Positions 11,660 to 21,559 of a DNA stretch of 64,000 nt are shown here, in pieces. The position numbers and the translations under genes were made by a program. Under the pieces are notes generated by a model. The model ran no database searches and had not been told where the DNA came from. It worked only from the letters and a program-made list of their open reading frames with translations. Positions within the stretch are counted from its first letter, which is position 1, and every line of letters starts with the position of its first letter. Origin of the DNA: Podarcis melisellensis (Eukaryota). The DNA lies in NCBI GenBank assembly GCA_964234715.1, contig OZ174283.1; one strand, written 5' to 3'.

Positions 11660-12946
11660 CCCAAGTATGTTAAATTCAGCAGGTGTCTGCTAGTGGACTG
11701 TGCTTTACTTCCTGCGCACTGCTGACATCATGTACCACATGTGTTACCAGCATACTGGGGCAGCTGATTTTCATCTACAGGACCCACGGCAACTTTTCTT
11801 TTCTTTTGCATCTTTGCCTCTGCTTCCTCCTGAAAGAAAATGATTGTTTCAGCAACTATCTGAAAAATAATCTTTCTGTCATTGAACCTAGCTTGATAAC
11901 CTCCCTTCTGCCATAATTTTCCCTTTTCTTTGAAAATGCAGGTTGCTCCTGGCATGTTTGATGCATCTGCAGCTGGATTCTTATTTTTGATTATTATAAA
12001 ACAGACGCTGCGTTTCTGGAAATGCCATTGAAGCTTGCTGATGTAATCTGACATATTAAAAGGTTTGTTTCATGCCGAATATGTTTTCCTTCAGAAGACT
12101 GGTTTTTGAAAGATCGCAATAGAAGTGTGTATGTAAAAAGTAACCCAAAGAAAAAGGCATTGTGAAGAAGGTTCTCCTGTGGCCTGAGGAAGCAGTCTTC
12201 CCTGAACATATTGTATACTGCACAAGTGATGTGTTCCTAGGCTCTGGAGTGCAGTCAGAGAAGGAAGAGTCTTGATAGAATTTAGAGAATCTCAACTTTT
12301 ATTTAAAACTATGTTCCTAGGTCTCATGGTTATAAAGTACCTCCGGTAACATTTCACTCACATCAACTTCCATTTGAAGCAGCAGCCCTACTGTTCTAGT
12401 TCCCGAGGGAGTCCTTTGTGAGACTTACTTACAAATGCTTTAGATCATCCTTAGCATGCCCCAGGCACTCTTTTATTCACACAAGGCTACAAAATACTAA
12501 CTCGGAGCTGTTTATCCATGCGCCCAAATCACCTCACGGTGGTGTAACCATTCTGCGCTGTTTAGAAGACACTCTGGGTTAAAAGGACAGGGAATAGTAT
12601 AGCAGGAATGCTCCCCAAAGTCTTCTTTGGCATGCTGCTGTGTCCTAAGTAGCTAGTGTGAAAAGCACAGGTGTGCTACAGGAAAGCATGTTTGACTAAT
12701 ACCAGAGAGGCAATGCCATCAAGCCTTGCCAACATGTCCAATGGCCCAACAACATCTGGAGGGGAACACACTGACTGCTTGGGATTCGAAGCATAGGCAT
12801 GGATAAGGAATGGGTTTTAAATTTGACATGAAATTTGGTGGTTCTGATCCAACTGAGCTTTGCCCACACTGGGCTGCCTCTTGCATCAAGTGTTTGCCTG
12901 AGCCGCTCACGAACTATCTTAAAAAAAAAGAAAGCCTGATTAATTA

Positions 12947-13207
12947 CAGTGGTACCTCGTGTTACGGACAGGATCCGTTCCCGTGGCCCATCCGTAACAT
13001 GAAAAGACCAAAACTCAAAGCGCTGCATCTGCGCAGGCGCGCGGCGTGATTCAACTCTTCTACACATGCGTAAAGCACGATTTAGCACTTCTGCGCAGGT
13101 ATGAGCGGCGAAACCTGGAAGTAACCCATTCCGGTACTTCCGGGTTTGCCGCGGGACACAAGACTAAAACACGCAACCTGAAGCGGACATAACATGAGGT
13201 ATGACTG
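12947..13207 (+). mobile_element. pogo/Tigger-type MITE, family B
   Basis: TA-CAGTGGTACCTC ... GAGGTATGACTG-TA. Confidence 0.88.
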
Positions 13208-13209
13208 TA

Positions 13210-13462
13210 CAGTGGTACCTCGCAAGACGAATGCCTCGCAAGACGAAAAACGTGCAAGACGAAAGGGTTTTTCGCTTTTTGCGTTGCTTCGCAAGACGAT
13301 TTCCCCTATGGGCTTGCTTCGCAAGACAAAAACGTCTTGCGAGTTTGCTTCCTTTTTCTTAAAGCCATTAATATCCAGCAAATCCGCGCTCCGCAAGACG
13401 AAAAAATCGCTAGACGACACAACTTGTGGAACGAATTAATTTCGTCTTGCGAGGCACCACTG
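13210..13462. mobile_element. pogo/Tigger-type MITE, family C (GCAAGAC-rich), abutting the family B copy
   Basis: TA-CAGTGGTACCTCGCAAGACGAA ... TTCGTCTTGCGAGGCACCACTG-TA; shares the TA at 13208-13209. Confidence 0.9.
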
Positions 13463-13614
13463 TATATCTAAAATATATGCAAAAAACAATATGCATTAAA
13501 AAGTCATGTTCCATGCGGGACTGGATTTCTGCGACATAATTGCAGAAGTATTAATGCATATGTATGTTTATAAATTTAAGTGCATTGCTGTATGTATCTG
13601 TCCTTTTGCTGGTT

Positions 13615-13700
13615 ATAGAATCATAGAATCATAGAATTGTAGAGTTGAAATGGACCCCAAGGGCCATCTAGTTCAACTCCTTGCAATGCATGAATCTTTA
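13615..13700 (-). mobile_element. CR1 3' terminus with octamer-repeat tail
   Basis: atagaatcatagaatcatagaattgtagagttg...ccatctagttcaactcc. Confidence 0.7.
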
Positions 13701-14860
13701 GGGGCTACTTTAGTCCAAGATCATTTAGCACCAGGGCACTAGGTTCCCCACCTCTGCTCCAGGAGATGCTCTTAATCAGGGAAGGCTGTGCCATCTTCCG
13801 TCCCCCGGCTGCGGTGGCACTGTATTCATCAGGGCAGGTATGGGGTGAGATCGCAGTAGCAAAATCAAGGTAGCTCTAGCTTAGTGGTGCCAATCTTGTG
13901 GGTGTGCCATGCCCCTGTGGCAACACCAGTGTGCCACCTCAGAGCCCCCCCAACTTCACTTGAATAAAGATTTAACTTCACTGGCCTTGGGTGATTTATT
14001 GCTGCTTGTCGCTGACCTATACTTGATTCAAGCCCTGACAGATGGTTTACCTCAAAGGCCTCTTTCTTTGCCTGCATGTGGATCACACTGTATTTTATTG
14101 ATTGCTTGGAGATGTGGATCTAAGAAACGAAAACAATCAGAAGGCAAATATGAATAATGTTATCATTTTTTAGTGTAACTAATCTAATGCAATTTCATCT
14201 TTTACACCTGGCAAAGCTGGCAAAGCTTTGGAGCCAATTCACTCAAAATACAAATGAATATGTAGAGGGAAAGGTTTGAGTTATTCACTCAGCTCCAGGT
14301 TCTATCCAGTTTTGCACATGGAGAGTCCTAAACACAGGTTTGTGCGGTGTGTGAATCACTGAGTCCTTATGCATCGCTTCTGCACCTGTTAATGTAACAT
14401 CCAAGAGCCTGAAAATAAACACAGTGGTTTGAATTCAATGGGGCAGCCCAGAAGTAGAACTCAGTGGGATGGTGTTTAGCAGAACCACCTGGAGAGCAAT
14501 CAGTGTGTCCACATATGAAGGGAATATGTCTTGTATTTATTTATTACATTTTTACCCATCCCTTCCACCAAAAAGATCAGAGAAGCACAATTGATCTTTC
14601 CCCCTCTTTTCTTTTCTTTTTATTTTCACAGCAACCCCAAGAGCAAATGACAGGCTCAAGGTGAATTCATGTGTGAGAGGAAATTTGACCCCGCTCTTCT
14701 GAGGCCTATTTTTTTATTTTACTTTCATTAATTAACAGTATTTATATGTGCCAATAATAGTGCTGCCTGTATGGATTGCAAAGTATAACATTAACAGATA
14801 TTAAACATCATGATCATCCTTAGAGAACAATAAAAACAGTAAAAATCCAGGATAAAAATT

Positions 14861-15224
14861 AAAGGTAAAGGTAAAGGTACCCCTGCCCGTACGGGCCAGT
14901 CTTGACAGACTCTGGGGTTGTGCGCCCATCTCACTTAAGAGGCCAGGGGCCAGCGCTGTCCGGAGACACTTCCGGGTCACATGGCCAGTGTGACATCGCT
15001 GCTCTGGCGAGCCAGAGCCGCACACGGAAACACCGTTTACCTTCCCGCTGGTAAGCGGTCCCTATTTATCTACTTGCACCCGGAGGTGCTTTCGAACTGC
15101 TAGGTTGGCAGGCGCTGGGACCGAGCAGCGGGAGCGCACCCCGCAGCAGGGATTCGAACCGCCGACCTTTCGATCAGCAAGTCCTAGGTGCTGAGGCTTT
15201 AACCCACAGCGCCACCTGTGTCCC
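14861..15224 (-). mobile_element. Sauria SINE, distinct CpG-rich subfamily
   Basis: (AAAGGT)3 tail on plus strand; shared cctatttatctacttgca core; TSD aggataa[a/c]aatt. Confidence 0.9.
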
Positions 15225-16249
15225 TAGGATAACAATTAGCTGACTTTAAAAAAAATGATGTTTCACTGTTTGTAGTGATGTTTTTAATTATATAGTTTTT
15301 ATTGTTTTAAGTTGTGATTCAACGGATCAGTTTCTGTACATTGAATTGGAGATGATGCCACAGGGAACAAAATGTAATGGGCTGGGCCTGGCCAGAAAAA
15401 TACATTCTGTGACATAAATTAAGCAATTCTCCAGGTTGCAGAATTCAGGTCCTGGTGTTTTTTTCTTGTTGCAGAATTCTATTTTATTTTATCACAGAGT
15501 ATGCACAACCCTGAAAACACCAAATTGCTATTGAATCTTGTAAGCCAGAGACAGTGCACTTATATATTCATTGTATTTTCAAGACTTTTCTCTAGAGGCT
15601 GGAAGAATCTGACCTCAACATGAACGGCAAGACTCCATAATAAAGTTTCTTCTATTCCGTACAAGTGGAATGTTGTTGCTGTTTCTTTAAACACATCTTT
15701 CTATTTGAATCAGGTTCATGGTGTGGGGAAACAAAGTTGCTTCAAGGCCAAATCCAACTTGAGGATAACCAGCTGGCAAACCCTGTTCTGTTCTGGACAA
15801 TGACTTCACAAAAATCCTCCGCTTCCATCAACACCTGTCTATTTCTCAATCCATCTGTACACCTGAACAATTGCTGCCATACATTTGCAATCTGTTGGCC
15901 ATGTGGAAGCAGTGCTGCTCTTCTGATAAATGGTGTTACGCCGCACTGGCTGTCCAACTGGCTGCCACTAGTTGCTGGGAATTGCAATCGGGAGGATGTG
16001 GTTGTGCTCTGCTTGAGAGTTTCCTGTGCATATCAGGTTGCCCACTGTGACAAAAAGGATGCTGGACTCAACAAGTTACTAGATTGATTCATCTTACATT
16101 CTGACAGATTTGTCCATTCCTCCTTTTCTTATATGCCACTCTGAAATCCAGAGTGGATGGAGGCCAGGATAATAAACATTTTAGTTAAAAAATATCACCT
16201 AACTACCAAAGTACTTTAAAAATTCATTCAGAAAACAAAGATATAACAA

Positions 16250-16996
16250 TGACCACTCCCTACATTAAATGGGGATGGCCTCTGAGTGGTCGCACGCAGC
16301 CCCCTGGACCCTATGCGGCACCATTAGCACAAGCTTGGCTTCGCCTTCCCCAGGTGGGATACCTGGAGGTCTCCGCCTACCTCAGCCAGTTGCCTGATCC
16401 CGCCTGGGGAGGTGTTGCCAAGGTGATCAGGCCAGGTAGGGGGAGGGACTACCTGCTCACACAATAGGCGGAGGATTTTACATAGGAATTGTCAGTTGGC
16501 TCCAGAGCTTCTCCCACCCTACCCACCCTCATTTAAGACTTCTTTTGCAGGTTAACCTGTTCTTCACAGGTACACAGGCGCTGCTATGTCAAGGTTGCTG
16601 TTGAAGGGCAGGAAAGGAATTCTTCTGCATTGGCAGGTTTGCCTTTCCCATAGCAAAACATCACAACTTTGGCGGTATCAGGCCTTGGGCGGAATCCTTT
16701 AGTCTATCTTCCCTAAAAGGAGGAGGGCGTGTAGCAGTCACACCTAGAGGTTGTCATTGCTCTCCCCTGCAACGGCGGCGTAACGCGGGTGGGCTCTCTT
16801 TGCTTGAACATATGTTCTCCAGAGCCAGCCAATCTCCCACACACACTCTGGATAACCCTGATGTTCCCCCAGATCCCCAGCGGGTGACTGGGAGGGATAA
16901 ACGCCCAATGCCTGAGCCAAGGTCTACTCACATCTGAAACATTATAAAGTTGTGGCCAATTTTAATCCCATAGCACGTTGTCTTGAGTCATTATTC
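16250..16996 (+). mobile_element. GC-rich repeat fragment, tentatively a DIRS/Ngaro (tyrosine-recombinase retroelement) terminal region
   Basis: Abrupt GC/CpG rise; motifs cccaccctacccaccc, ggcaggaaaggaatt, tgcctgagccaa, ataaagttgtggcc resemble recalled vertebrate DIRS/Ngaro ends; no TSD or TG..CA seen. Confidence 0.4.
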
Positions 16997-17169
16997 CACA
17001 TGAGGCCGCCCAGGGTTTGGCAGACTCCACCTGTCCACGCAAAAACAACCTTCTTCGGCATCTTCGTTTGCAACATATCAGTGAAGCTCCAGTCGAAGAA
17101 TGTCCAAGAAAGAAAATTTACCCCAAAAAAGAACAGCCATCCCTACACAATCTATGGATTTGAAAATAC

Positions 17170-20100
17170 TTTTTTTTTTTTTTTTTAATAAATATTTTAT
17201 TAGGTTTTTAATAAACAAATTTCCACTTTCAAATACATACTTCCATGAATCCAATGGACTTCCCCCATCTCCCGAGCACTGCATTCCCTGTGTAACCAAA
17301 ACCTCAGCAATTTGTTGACTTGTTTTGTACATAACAATATATCTTCCATTTTATCGTGTTATCTAATGTAAACATTTCGATACAATTGTATTAATTTTTA
17401 ATTTCCACACAATAAAAATATTTCATTACCTCACTTCTGTCTTATAGTGTCTTATTTATCAATTCAGAAATTTGCCGATACTGAAGCTATACCTTCCTAA
17501 AAAGGAGCATTTTTTAACATTCATACAACTTATAATGCTTTTTCAAATAGTCCTTAAAATTTTTCCAAACTTCCTCCGTTTCTTCTTCTCCCGAGTCTCG
17601 AATTCTGCCAGTCATTTCAGCCAACTCCATATAGTCCATCAGCTGCGTCTGCCATTCTTCCAATGTGGGTAGATTTTGTGTCTTCCAGTGCTTTGCCAAC
17701 AGAATCCTCGCTGCTGTAGTAGCGTACATAAAGAAAATTCTATCTTTCTTGACCATCCTCTGGTCCACCATGCCCAGAAGGAAGGCCTCCGGTTTCTTAG
17801 GTAAGGTGAATCTCAGCACCTTTTTTAGTTCATTATGTATCATTTCCCAGAAGGCCTTCACTTTCGGGCAGGTCCACCAGAGGTGTAAAAATGTCCCTTC
17901 CTCTTCCTTACATTTCCAGCATTTATTGTCAGACAGGTGATATATCTTTGCAAGCTTGACTGGGGTCATGTACCACCGGTATATCATTTTCATAATGTTT
18001 TCCTTCAAGGCAGTACATGCCGTGAATTTCATTCCGGTGTTCCATAACCTTTCCCAGTCTTCAAACATAATGTTATGCCCCAAATCCTGTGCCCACTTTA
18101 TCATAGAGGATTTGACAATCTCATCCTGTGTGTTCCATTTAAGCAGCAAGTTATACATTCTCGAAATTAGCTTGGATTTTGGCTCAAGCAACTCTGTTTC
18201 TAGTTTCGATTTTTCCTCCTGAAAACCCACTTTTTTGTCTGCTTTAAAAACTTCCTGAATTTGAGCATAATGCAACCAATCTCGCACCTTGTTTTTTAAC
18301 TTTTCCATACTCTGTAACCTCCATTTATCTCCAATTTTTTCAATTATTTCCCAATATTTAGGCCAGTGGGCCTCCATATTGAGTCTTTTACGTGCTTTGG
18401 CCTCCATCGGTGAGAGCCACCTCGGAGTTTTACTCTCCAATAAGTCTTTATATTTTGACCAGACCATGAAAATTGCCCTTCTGACAATATGGTTTTTGAA
18501 CAATTTATGAACTTTAACCTTGTCATACCACAAATATGCATGCCACCCAAAAGCATTATCAAATCCCTCCAGGTCAAGGACATCGGTGTTCTCCAATAGG
18601 ATCCAATCCTTCAACCAGCAGAGGGCTGCAGCTTCGTAATATAACCTCAAGTCCGGCAGGGCAAACCCCCCTCTTTCTTTCGCATCTGTTAGTATTTTAA
18701 ACTTTATTCGGGGCTTTTTGCCCTGCCAGACAAATTTAGATAAATCCCTCTGCCATTTTCCAAAACATTCCACCTTATCCACGACCTGGAGGGACTGAAA
18801 CAAAAATAGCATTTTCGGCAATACATTCATCTTTATGGCAGCTATTCTGCCCAACAAGGAAAGTTTTAATCTTGACCATGTTTCCAGATCTCTTTTTATC
18901 TCTGACCAACATTTCTCATAGTTGTCCTTAAATAAATTCAAATTTTTGGAGGTCAAATGGACCCCTAGGTACTTTACTTTTTTAACCACATTTAGTTCTG
19001 TTTCTTTTCTGAACTCCTCTATTTCAGTAGTTGTCAAGTTTTTTGCTAACACTTTAGTTTTTTGTTTATTCAGCTTGAATCCCGCCACCCGACCAAAATC
19101 AGAAATTAATTCTAACGCTCTTTTAGTACTAGAGGCTGGCTCCTGTAATGTTAATACCAAGTCGTCTGCGAAAGCTTTCAGTTTATATTGTTTCTCTCCG
19201 ACCACAATTCCCTGTGTCAACTGGTCGTTTCTGATCATGTTCAGTAGCACCTCCAGGACTGAAATAAACAGCAGAGGAGATAGAGGGCACCCCTGTCGTG
19301 TCCCTTTTTCAATTTTAAACTCCTCTGTCACCACGTTGTTTACTATCAATTTGGCCTTTTGTTCTGAATAAATTGCTTCTATTCCATTTTCAAACCCCCG
19401 CCCTACTCCCATCCTTTCCAAATTTTTCTTCATAAACAGCCAAGAAATGTTGTCAAAGGCCTTCTCCGCATCAATAAAAATCAACACCGCTCTTGTGTTT
19501 GAATTAATCTGTAAAAACTCCAAAATGTCAATGATGTTTCTTGTGTTGTCAAATAAATGCCTACCAGGGAGAAAGCCTGCTTGGTCCTTATGAATAACTT
19601 CGTTTAAGACTTTCTTAAACCTACTTGCCAAAATGTCTGCAAAAATTTTATAATCCACATTTAGGAGTGAGATAGGACGGTAGTTTTTAAGTTGAGTTTT
19701 TTCAGATTCTAGTTTTGGGATCAACGTGATGAAGGCTTCTTTCCACGTTTCCGGTGCCTTCCTCCCCTCCATAATCTGATTGCAAACTTCCAACAATGGT
19801 TGTGTCAATGAGTCCTTCAGTACCTTATAATATTTGGAAGTAAGCCCATCAGGTCCCGGAGATTTGCCCAATTGGAGGTTCTGAATGGCGCATTCAATTT
19901 CTTGGGTTGTAATATTGCAGTTCAGGGTTGCTCTCATTTCCTGGGGTATTTTTTGTAATCCATTAGTTATGACAAATTGGTCCACCTCTGAGCTTTTTTG
20001 TGGCCTTTGAGAATAGAGTTCTTTAAAATATTTCTGGAAGGACCTTCTGATTTCTTCGGGTTTCTGAACCATTCTCCCTTCAATCTCTAGATTTGTAACT

Positions 20101-21185
20101 GTATTAAGTTTTTGTCTCTTTTTCAACTGCCAGGCTAACAATTTTCCACATTTGTTTGCAGATTCAAAAGATCTTTGTTTCATTTGTTTAATTTTCCATT
20201 CCACCTCTTGATTTATCAGTTTCGAATATTGTGCCTGGAAAAACTTCACTTCTCTCAATACCTCCTTCGATTTGGGCCTGGATCTCAGTTTTCTCTCTCC
20301 TTCTCTTATTTTCTCCAAGATCTTCTCCTTCTTTTCATTCCAGAGTCTTTTTTTAATCGTGTTCTGTTGTATTAGAAACCCTCTTATCACTGCTTTGCTT
20401 GCGTCCCAGATTATTCTTTTTTCCACATTTGTCTTTAAGTTTATTTCAAAATAGTCCTTTAAAACTTTTTGGGCCTTCTTAACAATCTCCTGATCTCTTA
20501 ACAAGGCGTCATTCATTCTCCATCTGAACGATCCAGTTGTATTTAGTCTCAATTCCATTCTCAAGGCGTTGTGGTCGGAGCAGGTTTTTGGGCAGATTTC
20601 CACTTTTCTGGTCTTAGGTGCCAGCCCTCTAGTTATCCATATTTGGTCGATTCGCGTCCATGTCATATGGGCCTCAGAAAAGAAAGTTCCTTCTTTCCCT
20701 AGAGGGTTCTTGATCCTCCATATGTCGATCAAATCCAAATTGTCAGTCATTTCGAAAAAGGTTTTTGGAAGTCTGCCATCTTTCGTTATATTAGCACTTT
20801 GTGATTTATCCATATTCACTGAGGCGACACCGTTCATATCTCCCAACATGATAATGTTGTTATAGTCCAAATAGTCCAGCATAATCTCATGCAGCTTCTT
20901 AAAAAATTCCGATTTTCCATCATTTGGGGCGTAGATTCCTAGAATTAAAAACTTTTCTCCTTGTGTCTGGATTTCAATTGCCAAAATTCTGCCCTGTTCA
21001 TCTTTAAATACAAATTTTGGGGACAAGTTCTCCTTTGCATAGATCACCACTCCTCTTTTCTTAACTTTATCCGATGAAATAAATTCTTGGCCTAACCTTT
21101 TATTAATTAGCACTTTTCTATGGAGTCTTGTCACATGTGTTTCTTGCAGGCAAATAATGTCCAATTGTTCTTTTTTCAAAATATG
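17170..21185 (-). mobile_element. Young 5'-truncated L1 LINE (ORF2 + 3' UTR + poly(A)); no ORF1 or 5' UTR
   Basis: A17 tail (T-run 17170-17186), AATAAA at 17196-17201 (minus), 10-bp TSD AAAAGTATTT (plus aaatactttt 17164-17173 / 21186-21195), uninterrupted ORF2. Confidence 0.95.
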
Positions 21186-21290
21186 AAATACTTTTGGGAC
21201 TGATCTGTTATTTTCGGGTCTATTTGTAAAAGCAATAAAACTCCACCTGTCAGCAGCAAATGTGTCTCTCCGTTTCTTCCCTTTGGCCAT
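17514..21290 (-). CDS. L1-clade ORF2p (APE endonuclease, reverse transcriptase, CCHC); first ~32 aa come from the flanking older L1
   Basis: APE motifs LQETH, IYAPN, GDMN, TRID, SDH; RT motifs GKSPGPDG, YRPISLLN, DAEKAFD, GTRQGCPLSP, FADD, YLG; CWKC-x8-H-x4-C; lacks the N-terminal WNVNG-type motif. Confidence 0.93.
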   Translation of the reverse strand: MAKGKKRRDTFAADRWSFIAFTNRPENNRSVPKVFHILKKEQLDIICLQETHVTRLHRKVLINKRLGQEFISSDKVKKRGVVIYAKENLSPKFVFKDEQGRILAIEIQTQGEKFLILGIYAPNDGKSEFFKKLHEIMLDYLDYNNIIMLGDMNGVASVNMDKSQSANITKDGRLPKTFFEMTDNLDLIDIWRIKNPLGKEGTFFSEAHMTWTRIDQIWITRGLAPKTRKVEICPKTCSDHNALRMELRLNTTGSFRWRMNDALLRDQEIVKKAQKVLKDYFEINLKTNVEKRIIWDASKAVIRGFLIQQNTIKKRLWNEKKEKILEKIREGERKLRSRPKSKEVLREVKFFQAQYSKLINQEVEWKIKQMKQRSFESANKCGKLLAWQLKKRQKLNTVTNLEIEGRMVQKPEEIRRSFQKYFKELYSQRPQKSSEVDQFVITNGLQKIPQEMRATLNCNITTQEIECAIQNLQLGKSPGPDGLTSKYYKVLKDSLTQPLLEVCNQIMEGRKAPETWKEAFITLIPKLESEKTQLKNYRPISLLNVDYKIFADILASRFKKVLNEVIHKDQAGFLPGRHLFDNTRNIIDILEFLQINSNTRAVLIFIDAEKAFDNISWLFMKKNLERMGVGRGFENGIEAIYSEQKAKLIVNNVVTEEFKIEKGTRQGCPLSPLLFISVLEVLLNMIRNDQLTQGIVVGEKQYKLKAFADDLVLTLQEPASSTKRALELISDFGRVAGFKLNKQKTKVLAKNLTTTEIEEFRKETELNVVKKVKYLGVHLTSKNLNLFKDNYEKCWSEIKRDLETWSRLKLSLLGRIAAIKMNVLPKMLFLFQSLQVVDKVECFGKWQRDLSKFVWQGKKPRIKFKILTDAKERGGFALPDLRLYYEAAALCWLKDWILLENTDVLDLEGFDNAFGWHAYLWYDKVKVHKLFKNHIVRRAIFMVWSKYKDLLESKTPRWLSPMEAKARKRLNMEAHWPKYWEIIEKIGDKWRLQSMEKLKNKVRDWLHYAQIQEVFKADKKVGFQEEKSKLETELLEPKSKLISRMYNLLLKWNTQDEIVKSSMIKWAQDLGHNIMFEDWERLWNTGMKFTACTALKENIMKMIYRWYMTPVKLAKIYHLSDNKCWKCKEEEGTFLHLWWTCPKVKAFWEMIHNELKKVLRFTLPKKPEAFLLGMVDQRMVKKDRIFFMYATTAARILLAKHWKTQNLPTLEEWQTQLMDYMELAEMTGRIRDSGEEETEEVWKNFKDYLKKHYKLYEC

Positions 21291-21559
21291 ACATAACTTT
21301 TGTGTAAGTTTTTCAATAATGGCAATTTTCCAAACCTTGTTATACAGCTAGCCAGGCTAGGACCCTTTGGAGCCTTCCAGAACCTGGCAATTATAGCTCT
21401 TGCCACTGCAAGTAAATATCCAATTAAATTCTTATTTTGCAGCTCCATGTTTTCTCCCATGATTAAATTTAGTAATGCCAAATCCAGGGTTTTCTTGAGT
21501 AGTTGCCTTGTTATGTTAGATATTTTGGTCCCAATTTTTAGAAGTCTTGCTGCAATCAG
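21196..21559 (-). pseudogene. Old L1 ORF2 C-terminal fragment
   Basis: LALLNLIM...YLLAVARAIIARFWK..PSL aligns by eye with AFLLGMV...YATTAARILLAKHWK..PTL of the young ORF2; frameshifted. Confidence 0.8.

Noticed and set aside
9727-13439. Overlapping ORFs in CpG-rich patches
   Set aside because: They coincide with non-coding MITEs; no transposase motifs
13210-13462. Regularly recurring GCAAGACG resembling a CRISPR-like array
   Set aside because: Units are 7-10 bp, irregularly spaced and enclosed by MITE TIRs in a vertebrate context
17665-20865. Several plus-strand ORFs of 60-149 aa
   Set aside because: Antisense shadows of L1 ORF2
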